Shown: piece after piece, positions 23,461 to 38,563 of the stretch
Layout of the letters: each line of letters opens with the position of its first letter
Position numbering within the stretch: position 1 is the first letter of the stretch
From: Hydrolagus affinis
Lineage: Eukaryota
Length of the DNA: 64,000 bases
Reading direction: 5' to 3'
Assembly: GCA_012026655.1 (NCBI GenBank)
Contig: JAAILG010000141.1
Coordinates: forward strand, 62,001-126,000
Notes under the pieces: model-generated
The model's input: the letters and a program-made list of their open reading frames with translations, nothing else
Told to the model about the DNA's origin: nothing
Database searches by the model: none
Translations under genes and position numbers: made by a program

Positions 23461-25287
23461 GGTTTGGATACTCTTAAACAAGGTGATAGGTCTCATCTGT
23501 CTCGGACACCCTGCTGACCAAAAAAATGGTGGAGAATAGAGTATTTTTATTTCAGCCAGCACTATTCAGTCAGTTTTTACAGTACTTGTTCTGCATGAAC
23601 TGAACAACATGTTGTATGTTAGTGAAAGCTGAGTTCTCTCCCCTCTTGTATCACTGTAATGTTGTGAAAGTCAGATTTTAACTCACTGAAGAACACTCAA
23701 TGGCATTCATCGAAAGCTGCTTGCCAGCTCAGACTGCCACTAAAGAGAGGTTCAAACCTGAACCTTTGCACAGCTTACATGGGACGTGCCTTTATCCACT
23801 GTACTATGTGAGAGGCTTAAGATACTGCTTTAATCAACAAATCTGGACCTGTATAATGAACTGAATCTTGAGCCAAGGCAGCCAGCCATCATGCCTCAGC
23901 CTGAACATATAAAGATCACTCTGGTATTGATAATTTTAGCCTCTAGCTCATTTCAGATCCTACAAAGGATCTAGCTGGCATAAGCCTGGTGTCTATGATG
24001 TGTTTTTGTCTCTAGTGATTTCAGTTGTCAGGAGAACAGATAAAGCCATCCATCTATCATGGATTGTCCAGCACTAACAGTAGGTCACAAATGAAAATCC
24101 CAATATTCTGAGCTAAATGATGAACTATGTTGAATATGTTGTTGCATTTCCTAAACATGTAGGTAGTCTGCCAAACCAAATATCATGTTACCCTTTAACC
24201 ATTCCATTGTTTGGATGATCTCTTTTGTTATGAGAAAAGTTATCAGTTAATGAGTGTTCTTCCTCTTGTAGCCCAATGCAGAATGGAAAATGTAAAGAAA
24301 CCTTGAAGCATCATTTAAGGCCATTCAAACCTTGTTTTACTTTCCTTTTTGGAGTAGGAAGAGTTATGATGAATCTTGACTTAACCCAATGAGGATCTAT
24401 GCAGGTGAATGAAATTTGTTGTATGGCAGGAGTACGATTCAGATGTTACATGATCTGTTTCAGCTGCCTCTGCTTAAACTGCATTAAATCTTCAAGTCCT
24501 GGCCAGATATTTATTGAGCTCTCCTGTAAAAGGCAATCAACACAACATTAATACTTATGCTGGGAGTTCCTTCTACATTTTTACTACAGTGCTTGTAGAG
24601 GGAAGAGAGAATTATTCCAATCTCCAGGCTTGCCTGAAGAAAATTAATTCTGTACTTGTCCTCCAGTTGTGTGCTCCTTTGCCCCTGTAGCTTGCATACA
24701 TTTTCATTGTCCATCTCTTATAGCACTTAAGGAACCTGGATCTTGATCCCTCTTTATATTCTTTTCTTCAGGGAGATTTTTCTTCATAAATTACAACCCT
24801 AAGTTGCAGAATCCTATTGAACACTTGAATCTTGGCAGGGATAAGGGAGGTAAGTTCAGAGAAGCCAGGGTCATAAGAGAATTAAGATAAAACAAAGTTA
24901 AGATTGGGAAAATGATGGAATATAAGATGTGTGTGGTATTGGGAAGTGGGTGGGAAGATGAGGGAAGTGAGACTATTTCATTGGACCAGATTTCTTTGAA
25001 TATCATTTATCTCACTTATGCTTGTCACCTAACCACAATATTTTTTTCTTGTAATATTATACAAAGTATTCCTACAGATGATTTATAAATAGCACAGCAC
25101 AGGTCTGTCCTCAACTCGAATGACCGCTAACCTGAATAGAGCTTTTAACATTTTTCACCATCTTCTGCTGGTTTCCAATCCAGCTGCTTAATTTATCATT
25201 AATTCCATAAAGCTCCCAGCTCTATTTAAAGTTTGCAAATGCAAGTAAACCCTGTCAACGTGCAGTCTTCATCTACTATCAAAACTA

Positions 25288-25395
25288 CGTTTGGCCCACA
25301 AAATATACAGTCACAATATACGCTGTGCAGTATATTTCATGAAACGCTTTGAGGTATCTCATAAGGGGCTGTATCGAATGCAAGGATTATTATTT
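25288..25395 (+). mobile_element. SINE 3' tail fragment
   Basis: cccacaaaatatacagtca...gaaacgctttgag...aatgcaaggattattatt matches the family tail. Confidence 0.8.
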
Positions 25396-28300
25396 ACTAT
25401 TACTATCTTGAGGTACTTCCTATTTCTGCCTTAATTTTTTAAAGATTATCCTCACAATTCCCACAGGACTTCCTGCAGCCTCTTACATGCTGGTCACTTC
25501 TCCAGTTAAGATGGAACTAGATAGCAGTTTCTGGTTACTACTTTTTGTGAATTAATTTCCTCCCAAATTACTCGGTACATCTTCTTGGTCTGTGGTGTGC
25601 ATCTTTCAATATTTATATATCATCTGTTTCTGATAATGCTGCTTTCCCACAAAGGTTCCCAGCTTCTTTCCAATGCATTCTGTAACTGCTCAATTTTGAG
25701 GCCTATTGCCTAACCTCAATGGAATAGAATGCTTCACATTTTAGACTTTGTTTCCTTGTAGCTCCAATCTACTGTACTCTGCTAGTGTTCTACAGTATAA
25801 CAGTCAATCAGATCTTCAAGTCAAGAAGATTGGGAGTTAATGGAATGATTAAGAGAATTGAATTTCTAAGCTACGCAGGCAGAATATTGCAGCATCTTTT
25901 TAAATAAAATTGGGAACTTTCATTGTGTGCAAGAGTGAAAGTTTACTTTGTTTGAAAGTTTGGAATAGCAGTTTGCTAAAAAGCACAGCATTTTATCCAC
26001 CATACTATCAATAACTATTCTGAGCAATCTGTTTTAAAAAGATGTTGCAATATACTGTGAAGCATGGATGTGAGGTTATAAACATTAATATTTTTTAATA
26101 TTATTGAATTAATAGCAAATTCTGCAGAAATGTCTCATTCTTTAGATTGCTATCACTTTAAATGTCAATACAATATTTCTATAAAGCTATATGCATTGCA
26201 GGGATAATTTGAATGAACAGAATTGTAAAACTTGTTTGACAATATGTAACAACAGTATGCTGACAAGAAAGAAATAATCAAATGTTTCATCGTGAAACTA
26301 TTTATAAAGAAACAAGAACAATGCATTAATTTTCAAATATTTCATTTACTGTAGACAAATGAGAAACATGCACTTTGTGTACATTTTATTAAATATATAA
26401 ATAAACTCTCATGATTTATCATGAATCAATTTGGCAAGCTGCAAGTTATTGATACAATTTTAAATGTGCTTTTATAAACCTTGGAAAGGACTCATCAGAT
26501 CTCTCCTCTTCTGTCTCTAATTGAACAGGAAAGGTTGCAGGAGTCGAGGCAAAATAACAAGGCCACAAACTTAATGTGTTTAGGTTGCTACTTTGCTCTA
26601 TGCTTAATAAATAATTTATATTATCAGCGAGTGCTGGCTGTGAGTTCCTCTGGGTCTCAGTGCTCTCTATCCTATGCATGCTATATTTCAATGACTATTT
26701 ACTGTTTGCAATTTAATGTACTTTACAAAATGTTCTGGCAATGTTACAGTTGTTGCATTGCAATATAATGGTATTTTAAATGATTTAATATCTTTTTAAT
26801 GGATTATTCAATAGATGCATCATATCATTCATAAAATGTTCCCTTTCTTTTTTTCCCCCCCAGTTATTCTGAATCATACTTTAGTGGTCGCATTCTAGCA
26901 CACAATGAAAAGTTTAAATATCCAGAATGCATTGAAGCCTTTATGCATTTTAAATGACTGAGCTAAGGACCCATTTTAAATTCAAATACACTAACTTAAA
27001 ATTACATTGTCAATGGGAATATCATTGTCGCAGATTTTAAAAATTGGTGTCATTATAATTTTAGCACAGCATGTCTAAAATCCTCCACGGGGGCAAATTT
27101 CTTCTCTGCAAGTCATGTCCTCAGGTCTGTCCCAAAACCGCAAATCGTATGCCGTGTGACAGTGGCTAGGTCCCTTGCAATCTGCTGAATTAAAATTCAG
27201 CTGTCTGTAAGTGAGATTAATCACTTCTCTGCCTTGGCTTTTTCTTATGCACTGAACGAGGTGCCAGTGAGGCTGTGGTATTTGGTTACATGTGGAATGA
27301 TTTGTAATTCTGAGTAATCACTTAGGACAAGCCCTTACACCATTTTATCTATACATGACTGTAGGCCAAAGTCAATACTCATAGTAAAATAATGAGTTGA
27401 GGCTAACTGAACCCTTTTATTAATGCTCAAAGGAATAAATATGATGCTTCACTTTTCCCATTGAAAGTATCCTTTTCTTCCAAATTGACTGGGAGGTCAG
27501 TATTGCAGGGTAGCATCTAAGGTACCTGTTTCATCTCAGAAGTGTGCCGTATTCACAGGGTGTTTAACCACAATACCCCAACAACAACAACAGCAGTGAC
27601 TCGTAGCATCAGGTGCTGGCAGTTCAGCAAATTCGGCTTTTTTTTAACCTTTGTCTGCCGAGGAAGGTGCCAGTGGAATCCATAAGCGATCAGAACGAGA
27701 GACGTTCCTTTGGCTTCTCACTTTCCACAGCATCACAATGCATGTGAAACCCAATCCATAAAAGTGGATTTTTTTTGGAACAGTTGGAAACAGTTGAGGA
27801 GAAGCACTTCTTTCTGTACGCTGGCCCTACTCCAAGAACACTTCAGGTTCAACAGCTGTGCAGAAACATATGGCACCAAAGCTTCATTTTTCATAATTGG
27901 AGACAATTTTAATAAATAATTATTTTGAAATTGCTACATCATCATAATTTGCTGCATGGGAAAACTATCATCAAAATCATACTATGCATTCTGAGTAATA
28001 TCAATTATTTCAATCATTTCCTCATGTTTATTGCGAGCAGAACTGAACAGAATGCAGATTATGCAGTTTTAAAGTATTGCTGCAATCTTCTGAGTAGATG
28101 CCCCTCAGTCTCAAAGTTTAAACTGCTCTGGAATATTCAAAGAGAAAATGTGTATTCCCTACAGTACAGCAGAGGACTGGGTCAGGGTTGGTAAATATGA
28201 GTAGAGTGAGAACTATAATTACATCCAGAATAGAAGTTAATACTTTCCCATTTCTCTTCTGACTACATTTTTGTTCTTTAAAACAGTGAACCTAGATAGC

Positions 28301-31300
28301 AGCCTACCGCACTTTGAAAGATTTGTGTAAAGTTTGAAGCATTCGACATGAATTTCTTCAAAGAAGGCACTTGGGTAATAGCCAACTATCTTCTTAGAAG
28401 GTTAATAAAAATGGTAGACCTTTGATATGATGCTGTCTGAAACTTAATGCCTACTTGTGTGCATCCGATTATTGAAAGTATCAATGTGTACCATAGGAAG
28501 ATTTTTACAGTAAAGAAATACCATCCCTTTAAGGAACAGTCAAGGATGATCAGAGTTGATACTTGGATATACTGAGTTTGTTAAATTAGTTTTGTTTATT
28601 CTTTGTCATCTATGCATGCCTCTTTGTGAAACTGGCACTCTCTATGCTCTCTGTATCTTCCCTCATGGCTGCAGCACAAACACAGAGCAGCAGGGCCCTC
28701 AGTGGGTATTAAATATGTTCTCTATGTCTTGCATTGAACAGTATTATCTGCATATAACTTATTATTTTCTGCTGGCAATCATATAAATTATTGAAAAGAA
28801 AAATGAAGGACAACTAAGTGTAAACGTATACCCATAACTCTTTAAAGATAATTGAAGTGGTTTTATGCTAAATGTTGGATGTTTCATGTATTTTACTGGA
28901 AATAACACATACTACCTGAGCCCTTTTATTTTAGAAAATATATTATATAATATTTAGTATTATGGATATACCCAGTTATGTTTTAGGAGGTACAAGGCCC
29001 AACCAGCGCTCACGGGATTAATTGAGAAAGGCATAGGTAGTTCAGTGGATGTAATACAAATATTATAAATCCCATTATAAACTCTCACTGCCAAGGTCTG
29101 CAAATTTAGAGGCCGGTGGAGAAAGCATTATTTTAATTTGCCAAGACCAGTCAAGTTACTGAAGACATGGGAATAACCCCTTCAGTCTCTTCTTAGCCTG
29201 GTTTAAAATGCATTTTTTCAGCACGATTATTTACCTTGGAATAAATGGCTAACAGATGCACAGCAAATTCCCAAACTAGATACTCTTCTCTCATCCCAGC
29301 ACTGAAGTGAAGGGGCAAGCGTAGCATAACTCTGAATTGCTCAGTCTTCAACCCAATTTCCTTTTATGTAAATCAAACTGCTCTGTGAGGCTATAGGGAC
29401 TTTTCACCCTTGTTGGGCTGGAGAGCCTAGATATGGTTTGGTGGTATTTGGATTTGCACTGTGTAATCTGTAGCACAGATGAAACAGCTCTAACGTGCAG
29501 ATCAGTTTCATCTGTGCCAAGGAGCTTGGTTAATGCCATTAGCGCATTAACGCTAAAGGTTATAAAGGAAGCTTGAACATGAGTGTCAACTTTCACACCA
29601 AAAAAAATCAAGTACTTTGAAGCCATTACTTGAGCAGAGAGGTTTATGCACTGATTTCATACTGGCTCTTAGATTATGCATGGTGTACACCAGCTACTTG
29701 ATACCATGACGAGCTCAATGTTTCTAGCGTTCAGGTGAATAAACTGGCAAGTTAGAGGTGTTTGCATTGCATTTTAGATGGAACACATTACACTTGTAAA
29801 ACTGTGGAGGGAAAAAAGCCACCTAATGTTCCCAAAATGTAACAATGACAATGCAAAATGTAATAATTCAGTACATGGAAGGTTTCTCAAGGCTAAGTCG
29901 GATGAATTGCCCTTTAGTAAAACTGAGTTCTGTAGCTGACAGAGGTTTGTAATATCTGGTCATTACGCTGACAAAAAAAACACCAATTACAGTACACTGC
30001 TTCCATCTCTTTGACAATATCTGACAAGAAATTTGTGTGATGCATGATGACTGCTGGCAAGATCAATCTAGCAATAGCTTTATGATAGCTGAATAATAAC
30101 TTGGCAAAAGCTTAACAATGTTCAGTTGGGTATAGCCGCAATAAAAGTACCGTAGTGCATCATCAATAATACTTGTGTTTTGAACTGACACAATTGAAAT
30201 GCACTCAATGTTACTTTGCACAATAGTGTCATGTGTGATTTTTCTGTAGATGTAGTTTTAATATATCGAGGAACTCTAGCACTTCCCCAGTGATCTGCCC
30301 AGCCAAGGAAAGATTCCCATCGTAAATAAACGAGCCTTATTTGGAAATGAGTCCTGGGGATTGGAATAAACTTTCAAGATTAAAAAAAGGTCCTATTGAT
30401 AGGATCACAGGAACTATCAGTCATTTGTCAACTTGTTAAATGCTTTATTATTGTCTGGGGATAAAGGAAGGAAGACGAGAATAAAGCTTACCATTTATAC
30501 CCATGTAAACAATGCCTTATTAATAATTGTCCTTAAATATCTCTGCTCATTACATTTTATTACAGCTGGATTGATTGCAGCTGAAATAATTTTGTTGCTG
30601 GCTTTTATTCTTAACTAATTTTAGCTCCCAAGTTAGCAGCATGTTTCTCACGAGTTATGATATATCTATCCATGGCTGTGCTTTTTATTTTCATTGTGTT
30701 TTATATGTTAATTTTTTTCTCTCCATACTTTAAAGTTTTTCTCTGTGTCTCCTTGCTCCAAACCCTATTCTTCACAGAAATGTAGGCAGCCTTTAACCCA
30801 GGCCTATGCCTATTGGCACTGTATAACCATCTGTTGAGAAGATGAGCAATAGTAAGTGATGTAACTCCTTCAATGTATTGCCTGTCGTTGGTGACATTCT
30901 CATCTTCTATTTGCTACTTCCCAGTGGTTGTGTGACTGAGATTAATTCATTCAGAATATGGCTCTATTTGTTGGGTGTTCAATATGTTATGCCACCGCAT
31001 CACCCATCTCATTCAATCCTTTCAAAGTTGCTTCTTAACTAAGCTTATGATGTGCAGGAGTATTTTAATCCTAATCAGTCTTCATTTATTCAGAGCAGAA
31101 AAAAATCATTCACCACAGAAAAATGGAACTGAAATTCCTTTGGACCTAGAATTCAACCCTTGTCAAGAGTCCAACATAGCATTGCACTATGGGACTCTGG
31201 TAATGTATATTTTTAAATGAGATGTATCTTCAGCTTTGTATGAAATATGCATGTTCTAATATCCACAGAGAAACTGTGCATCAGTCTACATAATGCTGTC

Positions 31301-32271
31301 AAAGGCTGATCAGAAACACATGTTAACGCCTTACTCAAAGCATTCTTATACAGGTTGCATTGATCTTTCTGACCGAAAAGCATCAGGTGTCAGGGTGACG
31401 TCCCAAGGATCTGATCTGATGCATTGTTTGTGGCCAGCAAAGGCTTTTGAAGCCCTGTTCTATGATCCAGGATTTAAACATTAGATGTTCTTCTACGCGT
31501 CAGCAATTTCAATCTGCGGTGAGTAATGTGGCAGAACAAATAGTTTAAAGGTGAAGGGTTAAAGTAATGAGTCACAAGGCAATACGTTTTTGTTCTGAGA
31601 AAAGTCCAAATGTTTGTAATGCAGACTTTTAGAAACTGAATTTGCATGAAATATTGTGAAATATTATTTTACATAAAGCTGTGGTTGGTGCATTGGAATC
31701 CCGCAGAGTTCAAAGACGGCTGCTCAGTCCGTAAAAAAAAAAACAGCTGGTGAGCAATTGTTGGGGGCATTGCTCTTTTTCACATTTTTGTGTTAAATTT
31801 AAAACATATTTTGCTACTGTAACTTAGAGAATTAGTTTGTAACTTGTCCTATAGCGATCAGCAGAGACACTGCAGGTCAGGCAAGGGACTGCATCAGAAA
31901 TGATGAAAACATGCCATAGCTGTTCAAGATTGTTTCATATGCATCATTTCATTTCCGAAATTGTGGAAATTCCAGGAAAATCAAGGATTTGCATTATGGA
32001 CCAGTAACAAGGCCTTGTTATAGTAGTGTTAGTAATTTTACAAAATAGTTTGTTGAAATTGAGTTTATTCACTTTTAATACCAATACTTTCACAGCATCT
32101 TTTATTGTATTCTTTTGATGAATGTCACTGGTGATATATTTTTCTTATTATTCAGCCCAAAGTCTCAAACTGTGCCTTACATTTGATCAAGTTTCCCCTC
32201 TTTTTCTTTTGTCATTATCGAATGATGAGATTGTCCAGTCTTCCAAGTGTTTCCATTTTCTCTTTATGTAG

Positions 32272-32480
32272 CCAGAAGTCTTTGGGATCAAGACCCACAT
32301 AGGGACTCACATTGTCTAGGCTGACACTCCATGCAATAATGGAAGTGTGCTACACTCTTGGAAGTGCCATCCTTTGGGTGAGATGTTTAGCCAAGGTCCT
32401 GTTCAGATGGAGTATTGAAAAAGAAAAGGGAGTTTCCCCTGCTGTCCTATCCAGCAACGCCCCCAAATAAAATTGGTTAA
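32272..32480 (+). mobile_element. Older DeuSINE fragment
   Basis: ctaggctgacactcc...ggaagtgccatcctttgggtgagatgtt...gggagtttcccctgctgtcct aligns with 48837-49000. Confidence 0.75.
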
Positions 32481-35400
32481 TTGTCAGACAGACAATTCAT
32501 TAGTCTACAATGTGTACATCTTGCCACCTTCCTAAAATGAAGGTGAATTAACTCACTACCACCATAAGAGTGAAGTTTCATTCAATAAATCTTACAATCT
32601 GGTTAGACGTGAGATTGGGTAAGACATGCACAGAACCAGAGATGATTGCTTTATGTTACTAGTTATTGTACTTGATGACCAATCACTTCACCACCAGCGT
32701 CATTGTGCTGTGGAAACATTGCCTTGCCTTGAACCAGCACCAACCATGTGCCCTTCAAGTGAGTCTGGCAGATTTTGTCTTTAGAAGTGGTTCCGTTCAG
32801 TTTTTGAAAACAAACTACTGTACATGTAATTCAATCCCCAGTTTCAACACAAATGATATTCATTGTTCAAAACCAGAAAAACCTATAAAATGCAGCAACA
32901 TAAAATTGGTAACTGACCTTTGCATTATACAGCCAGTGTAAGCAGTCCCTTAACAGTTTCACACCCTTGCTTACCACAGACAATGAATTAATCTACTGTT
33001 ACCACTGTCTATGTTGTTTCACCAGTGTATCATATAAATTTACACAGCCTTAACCAATGTAGACCACAGTAAAACTGCACGCACATTCTTAAAGTAATAA
33101 CCTTAAAAAAAGTTAAGGTACAAGCAGTTATGAGTTGGAAATAAATGGATTGAAAAATGGAGTATTTATACCTTAAAATATTTTTGAAGTTTCATATACA
33201 ATACTCTAATACTTATAAGGTTGCAGCCTTTAACCTCTTGAGGACTGTAAGATATCTTCAGTTCTGAGAAATAAATAACTCAAATGCTCAATTCTGCTCA
33301 GTGTAATTGAGGTTGGTGTGAAGTGCACATGTGGCACGAGTTGTAAATTCTATTGTCACTCACTTTCAGCATTATCGTCACCCTTATCCAAACATAATTT
33401 TAATTCTGAGATGATACTTTGGTAAACAAGTTACATGTGTGTGGGGGATTCAGCTATATTTTCAAGAGCAATGTGACAGAACATCCTGGATGTTAATTTT
33501 GTGGTGCGCACATTTTGTGACAGTCCTCATGAGGCTCAAATACAGTTTTATTCAGTACATACTTTGTTTTAAATGCAGTAGTATAATGGGGGTTAGCTGA
33601 ATCCTTGATGCTAGTAAGGAAGGTCCCCATTTCTTAGAATATAGTGTTGTTCCTGCTCTGAACATGGCTGTAAGCCAGTATAAATTTTGAGATTGTAATT
33701 ATATTTACATTATTGCTCTAATTAAATCAGGTAACATGGTAAAACAGCTTGCTTGTAATCCTATAATACTTCAGAATTTTACCTCCAAATGTCCCACTGC
33801 ACTGCCATTCAATAAGGACAAAGCAAAGTAAAGATTGTGTAAAAAAATGTTCTCCACTGTTTTATTTGCAGCCTATTAACAACTGTTACTGGAGGTTTAA
33901 TTATACCCCCGTGATCTGGAGATACAGCAGATTTCTGTCATTTTCTCCTCTGGGAATGGTTCATAGTTACCAGCATCCATTATCCCTGCCTGTAAGCTGA
34001 TGCTTTTTTATTACCAGTGCAATAATCACTGCATCTTTGGGAACATCTGTTCTGCGTGCTATGTGTGGAGATCCCAGTGCCTGTCAGCTACTGGCTTTAT
34101 ATGATGACCCCATGCCCTCTTGCTCAGTTTACAGCTAATTTGTTTAGGAGAATTCTGCAGATCTGCCTACACACTATCACTGCCGGAGTGCAATTAATAG
34201 TTCAGATTTACAAACAAAGGGATTCTGCTTCTCTCTAAACTTCAGCACTTGTTTTGGTATGGGTGACTTCACTGAATTGCCCTGCAACGAATATTCACAG
34301 CAGATGGATCTGTAAACCAGTAAAATGTTATCCAGGCAGCCTTCCGGCAGCAGTAGTGCTCCCTGCCACCATTTAGAAAATAACAGGCATATAGTATTTG
34401 AGGGCAGGCTTTTTTTTATTTGGCAGATTGTGTTTCTATTCTGGGTTTTACAGATTATTTTGGGGAACAAAAGTCATTGTCTGGGAAAGCGTAAGCCATA
34501 CCATTTTATTTATTGTTGTAATGGTCCCGCCACGGATTAAAATATTGCCGTAACTTTTCCAACAAAAAGACAATCATTGGAACAGCACCTTCAAGTAAAT
34601 GAGATGTGAAATCTCTTTTTATGATTAATTTCTTGTCACCTTGCTGTTCGCTTCCTATTTTGTCAGCTGTGACATTCCTGATCAAGGATTACAGTTTGTT
34701 AAATAGAGGTATAAATATGCAAAATATGTATATGCAGTATATATTTGCCAGTGTAAAATTTAAGTACCCATCTACTTTCGCTGACAGGAAGTCATTTACT
34801 ACATTTTATTAATGTTGTGGTTGTAAACTATGCTTTAGAGTGGAGCTAATCCTAACCTTTGTGCACTGCATGTGACAAAAAGGCCCATTTATTTTGTCTT
34901 GCATTGAAGATAATTCTTAAAATGTGAACAATACAAATATCTGAATATCATCCTTAATTATTCTACCTGACCAGAGTAGCTACAAGCGGTATAGAACCAA
35001 TCAGAGCAGCCTAAACCACAAAGAGGTGTGTGAAGGTGCAGTCAGCGAGTGGCTCAGTTGACCATTCTTAAACACGTCTTTGCAGCAGCTCCATTGCAGG
35101 AAAGTAATGTAATTATAAATAACCTTTCAAAAATTTTAATACTCAATTGCGTTGTCTGCAATTTTATGACTTTGGTCATAAAACCCAATCCTGTGCCATA
35201 ACCTATATTAAACATTTACATAAAAGATTGTCTTAGAATGTGTAAAGCCTTTTTTACATTTATTTATGGCAGGTTTATTGCCCATGTCTATTATTTGAAT
35301 TTGACGCATTATATATTTTGGAGAGCATATTGTTTTTCTTTATTAACTAAATGGCACTAACCGAGAAAAAAATCAAAATCAGTGTCAAATTGATGCAAGC

Positions 35401-36437
35401 ATTTTTTAAAACAAAAAAAGTACATCAATCATGTTTCATCTATTTTACTAAATGTCAGTCAGAAGAGGAATACATGTTAAAGACCATTTTATGGCTCGAG
35501 ATTTACCTTTAGGGATTATTAAACCAAAACAACTCTAGCTGATACATTCAAAATCACTTACTCTCTGAAAATGATTAAGAAGACTGAGCGAACGATGTGG
35601 AGGAATACATTAATCTTGTGAAGCGGTGGAATGCAGTCATACCGAAACAAATCTCTGACTGATAGAGCTGAATCAGTGTATCCCTGGAATCACTCAGGCT
35701 AACCTCTATTGAAGTTTTTAAATTTGCTCCAGATTATAGTCGGCTGTATTCACAAGTCAGAAACTGAGTAATCAATACAAGGGTCATCTAGGGCATCAGC
35801 AACTAGTCTTAGTCTAATCTGCCGAAACCATTGACCTTAGTGTAATTTTGTGATCTTTTATAAATTAATAGTGCATGCTCATACTGTCATGTGGCTATGA
35901 TATAATGCAGTTGGTGGTAAAATGCTGATCTCTCTCACTGAATATAAAACAAAGTCTCACTGAACTGAATTGTAATCAGATGTAAGTCGATTGTGATTAA
36001 AAATATTGTATGAAAGTGTCCATTTGGCTCATTGAGCCAGTGGCTTCAAATGGATCAAATACAATTCCGTTATCAAAGAATTTTCAATTTATTTAATCTC
36101 TTGAAGGAAATTTATATCCAGAGATAAAACTTCTCAGGAGAGAAATCTCTTGAGAAATTTCTCTTTAACTACCAGTATAATGAAGTGAAACTCCTATATA
36201 TCAATCGAGCATTGCCATTGAGAGGGTTGAACATGTGTCAATCGCTAAAACGTCTGAACTTTCTGTTACTTGTTGGTTCTGAGATTTCTGACTGAAAGAT
36301 TTATATATTTCATGATCTGAACAGATCAGTATATAGTATTTAAATAGAGGCATGAAATAACTATGCAAATACCTACAAAATACCTAAATGATTATGAGTT
36401 ATATTCTGCAAATCCTGCTAATTAAGATATTCAATTT

Positions 36438-36516
36438 GCAGCATATTTTGTGTTGTGCTTTGAAACGTCTAGAAGAGATGGTAAGGCGCTATATCAAATG
36501 CGAGGATTATTATTAT
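36438..36516 (+). mobile_element. SINE/LINE 3' tail fragment
   Basis: gctttgaaacgtc...aaggcgctatatcaaatgcgaggattattattat. Confidence 0.8.
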
Positions 36517-37629
36517 ATATTTATGCTTTCTTGTTTTATCTGTAATGGGTGTGTGTTTATTTTCTGGATTTTTGGATTAAGGCTACCTGTTTTCTGAGTT
36601 GTGCCATTTCCCTTTTCTTTCCTAATGTTGACACTCCCAATTTCATGGCTTGTCCAGGTATGAAGTCTGCATTACAAAGTCCAGCAGATTTATTTGCTGG
36701 CTGACTTTGTTTTTTGACTGCTACAATTCAAAGCCACATTTTGTCTTCAGTTCAAATTCCAGACGGAATTGCTGCCCAGGCCTTGAACAAATTACATGCA
36801 GGTTTTGTTCACCGTCTTTCACAACTGGAGGCAGTTTGCATTTCAGATTACACTATAAGGATTTCACCATTACAACCACACACCGTTCACATCTGTAATT
36901 TACCAACCAGTGGAATTAAGGCCCCCACGATTTTATGCTTTGCGCATTGTTTAATTGTAGTAGCGGCTTATAAATGGTGCTGCAAGCAGTTTGAATCTGT
37001 ATTCTCTTTGGTAATCGTGTCACTATCCGAATACAATGTTTCACCCAGGTCATTCTCATAAAAATAATCAACTGTGTCCTGTTCTATGACCTGAGGTTAC
37101 ATCGTGCTCATGGCACTGAAAGCAGACCCTTTACAAAACACATAGCTGCTTTGCATTATCCCAACATTAGCAAGAATGATGCATAAAATTAGAAGTCTAA
37201 ACATTAGCAGAGAGTCAGCACAGAAAATCTAACATTAAAAAAGTTTCATGTTAAAGACGTTTTTTTCAACAAGTGAATAAATGGAACATAATACAGTATC
37301 ATGTGAAATGGGGCAAAAATGCTACTACAGCTGGGTTCAACGCAAATACCCATTTTAATGAAGTTGACTATTGGAGTCGAGCTGTGTCTAAGAGTCATTT
37401 AATTGTATATGATTGGTATAACACTGCTGACTGGATGAGGAATCTATACCAGTTAAATGGCTTTGTTGGCAGTGTTTGCCTTTAAAGCTGGCTCCTCCTC
37501 CCTTTTGTGGCTGGTCTTATTTCATTTTTGGGTTCACATCTGGGTCCTTGCTATTTTATGATGGTTTCACGTACCTCAACGCACAAGCTGTGCAACACCA
37601 GAGCTGTTCATCACTGCTGTGTTCTAATA

Positions 37630-38035
37630 ATGTATTGTGTTTCTTTGATGTAGCTTTTTATCACATCGAAACATTTCAAAGCACTTACACAATTGGTCAC
37701 TTTCTTTGAAGTGTAGTGGCTGTTATTATGTCAGCAAATCCCAATCGGTGCCATCAACATCCCACAAACAGCAATGAGATGAACAACCAATTGATTTGTT
37801 TTTGGGGTGAATATCAATGAAGGAGGGATATTGGCCAGAACACAAGGAGAAAACCCTGCTCTTTTTCAAAACGGTGCCATTGGATCTTTCGACATCGAAC
37901 AGAGCAAAAAAGACTGACCTCACTTTAACTTCTCATCCAAATGGCACACCTCCAGCAAAACAGCCATGTCTCAGTGCCTGCATTGTAGGTTACTTTAAAA
38001 CATTGAACAGGACTCAAACATAATCATCTGACCCG
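37630..38035 (-). mobile_element. Older DeuSINE, near full length
   Basis: Reverse-complement Deu domain (tcccacaaacagcaatgag, atattggccagaacac, gtgccattggatcttt, tctcatccaaatggcacacctcc); homologous to 48837-49190. Confidence 0.8.
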
Positions 38036-38563
38036 GTTATTGGGATAACTGCAATCCCTTGGTTAAACCGCTCTTCTGCCTTGCTTAGATTGTTGTTTGC
38101 TGATGTAATTTTTTGGTAAATATTTTATGCTTTTGCACCCATACCCCATATACCCTGTGCTGTCCTGTCAACTTGGTAAAACTGAATTGAAATGAGCAAC
38201 ATCACTACATGCCTTATTTCAAAGAAATTATCAATTGGTTTTGTTTGATCTTGTTTCTTGCGGTGCAAATTGTTCCAATATTAAGTAGGAATTGACAACC
38301 AGGCTGTTTTGAAGTGCAACTGCTGGTCATGGAAACAGCTGTATTAGTGACTGACTGAGTCTGCAATGATTTATTTTCATAGTCGAACCCCTTGTAGCCC
38401 AGGATCACGTGTATCCCACTTGGAGTGTGCTCCCTGAGAAAATGCAGTCCCTCTCACTTCAAACACTGGCTGGCTTTTCACATGCAAAATAAATGGCAGA
38501 CTACCACAGTGTCAAAAGGTCAGGTGGCTTTTTTGCATACAAAAAATAGCTGATATCCAGGTT

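Noticed and set aside
26470-26505. Hammerhead-like CTGATGAGTCC on the minus strand
   Set aside because: No closing GGAC-GAAA or compatible stems follow.
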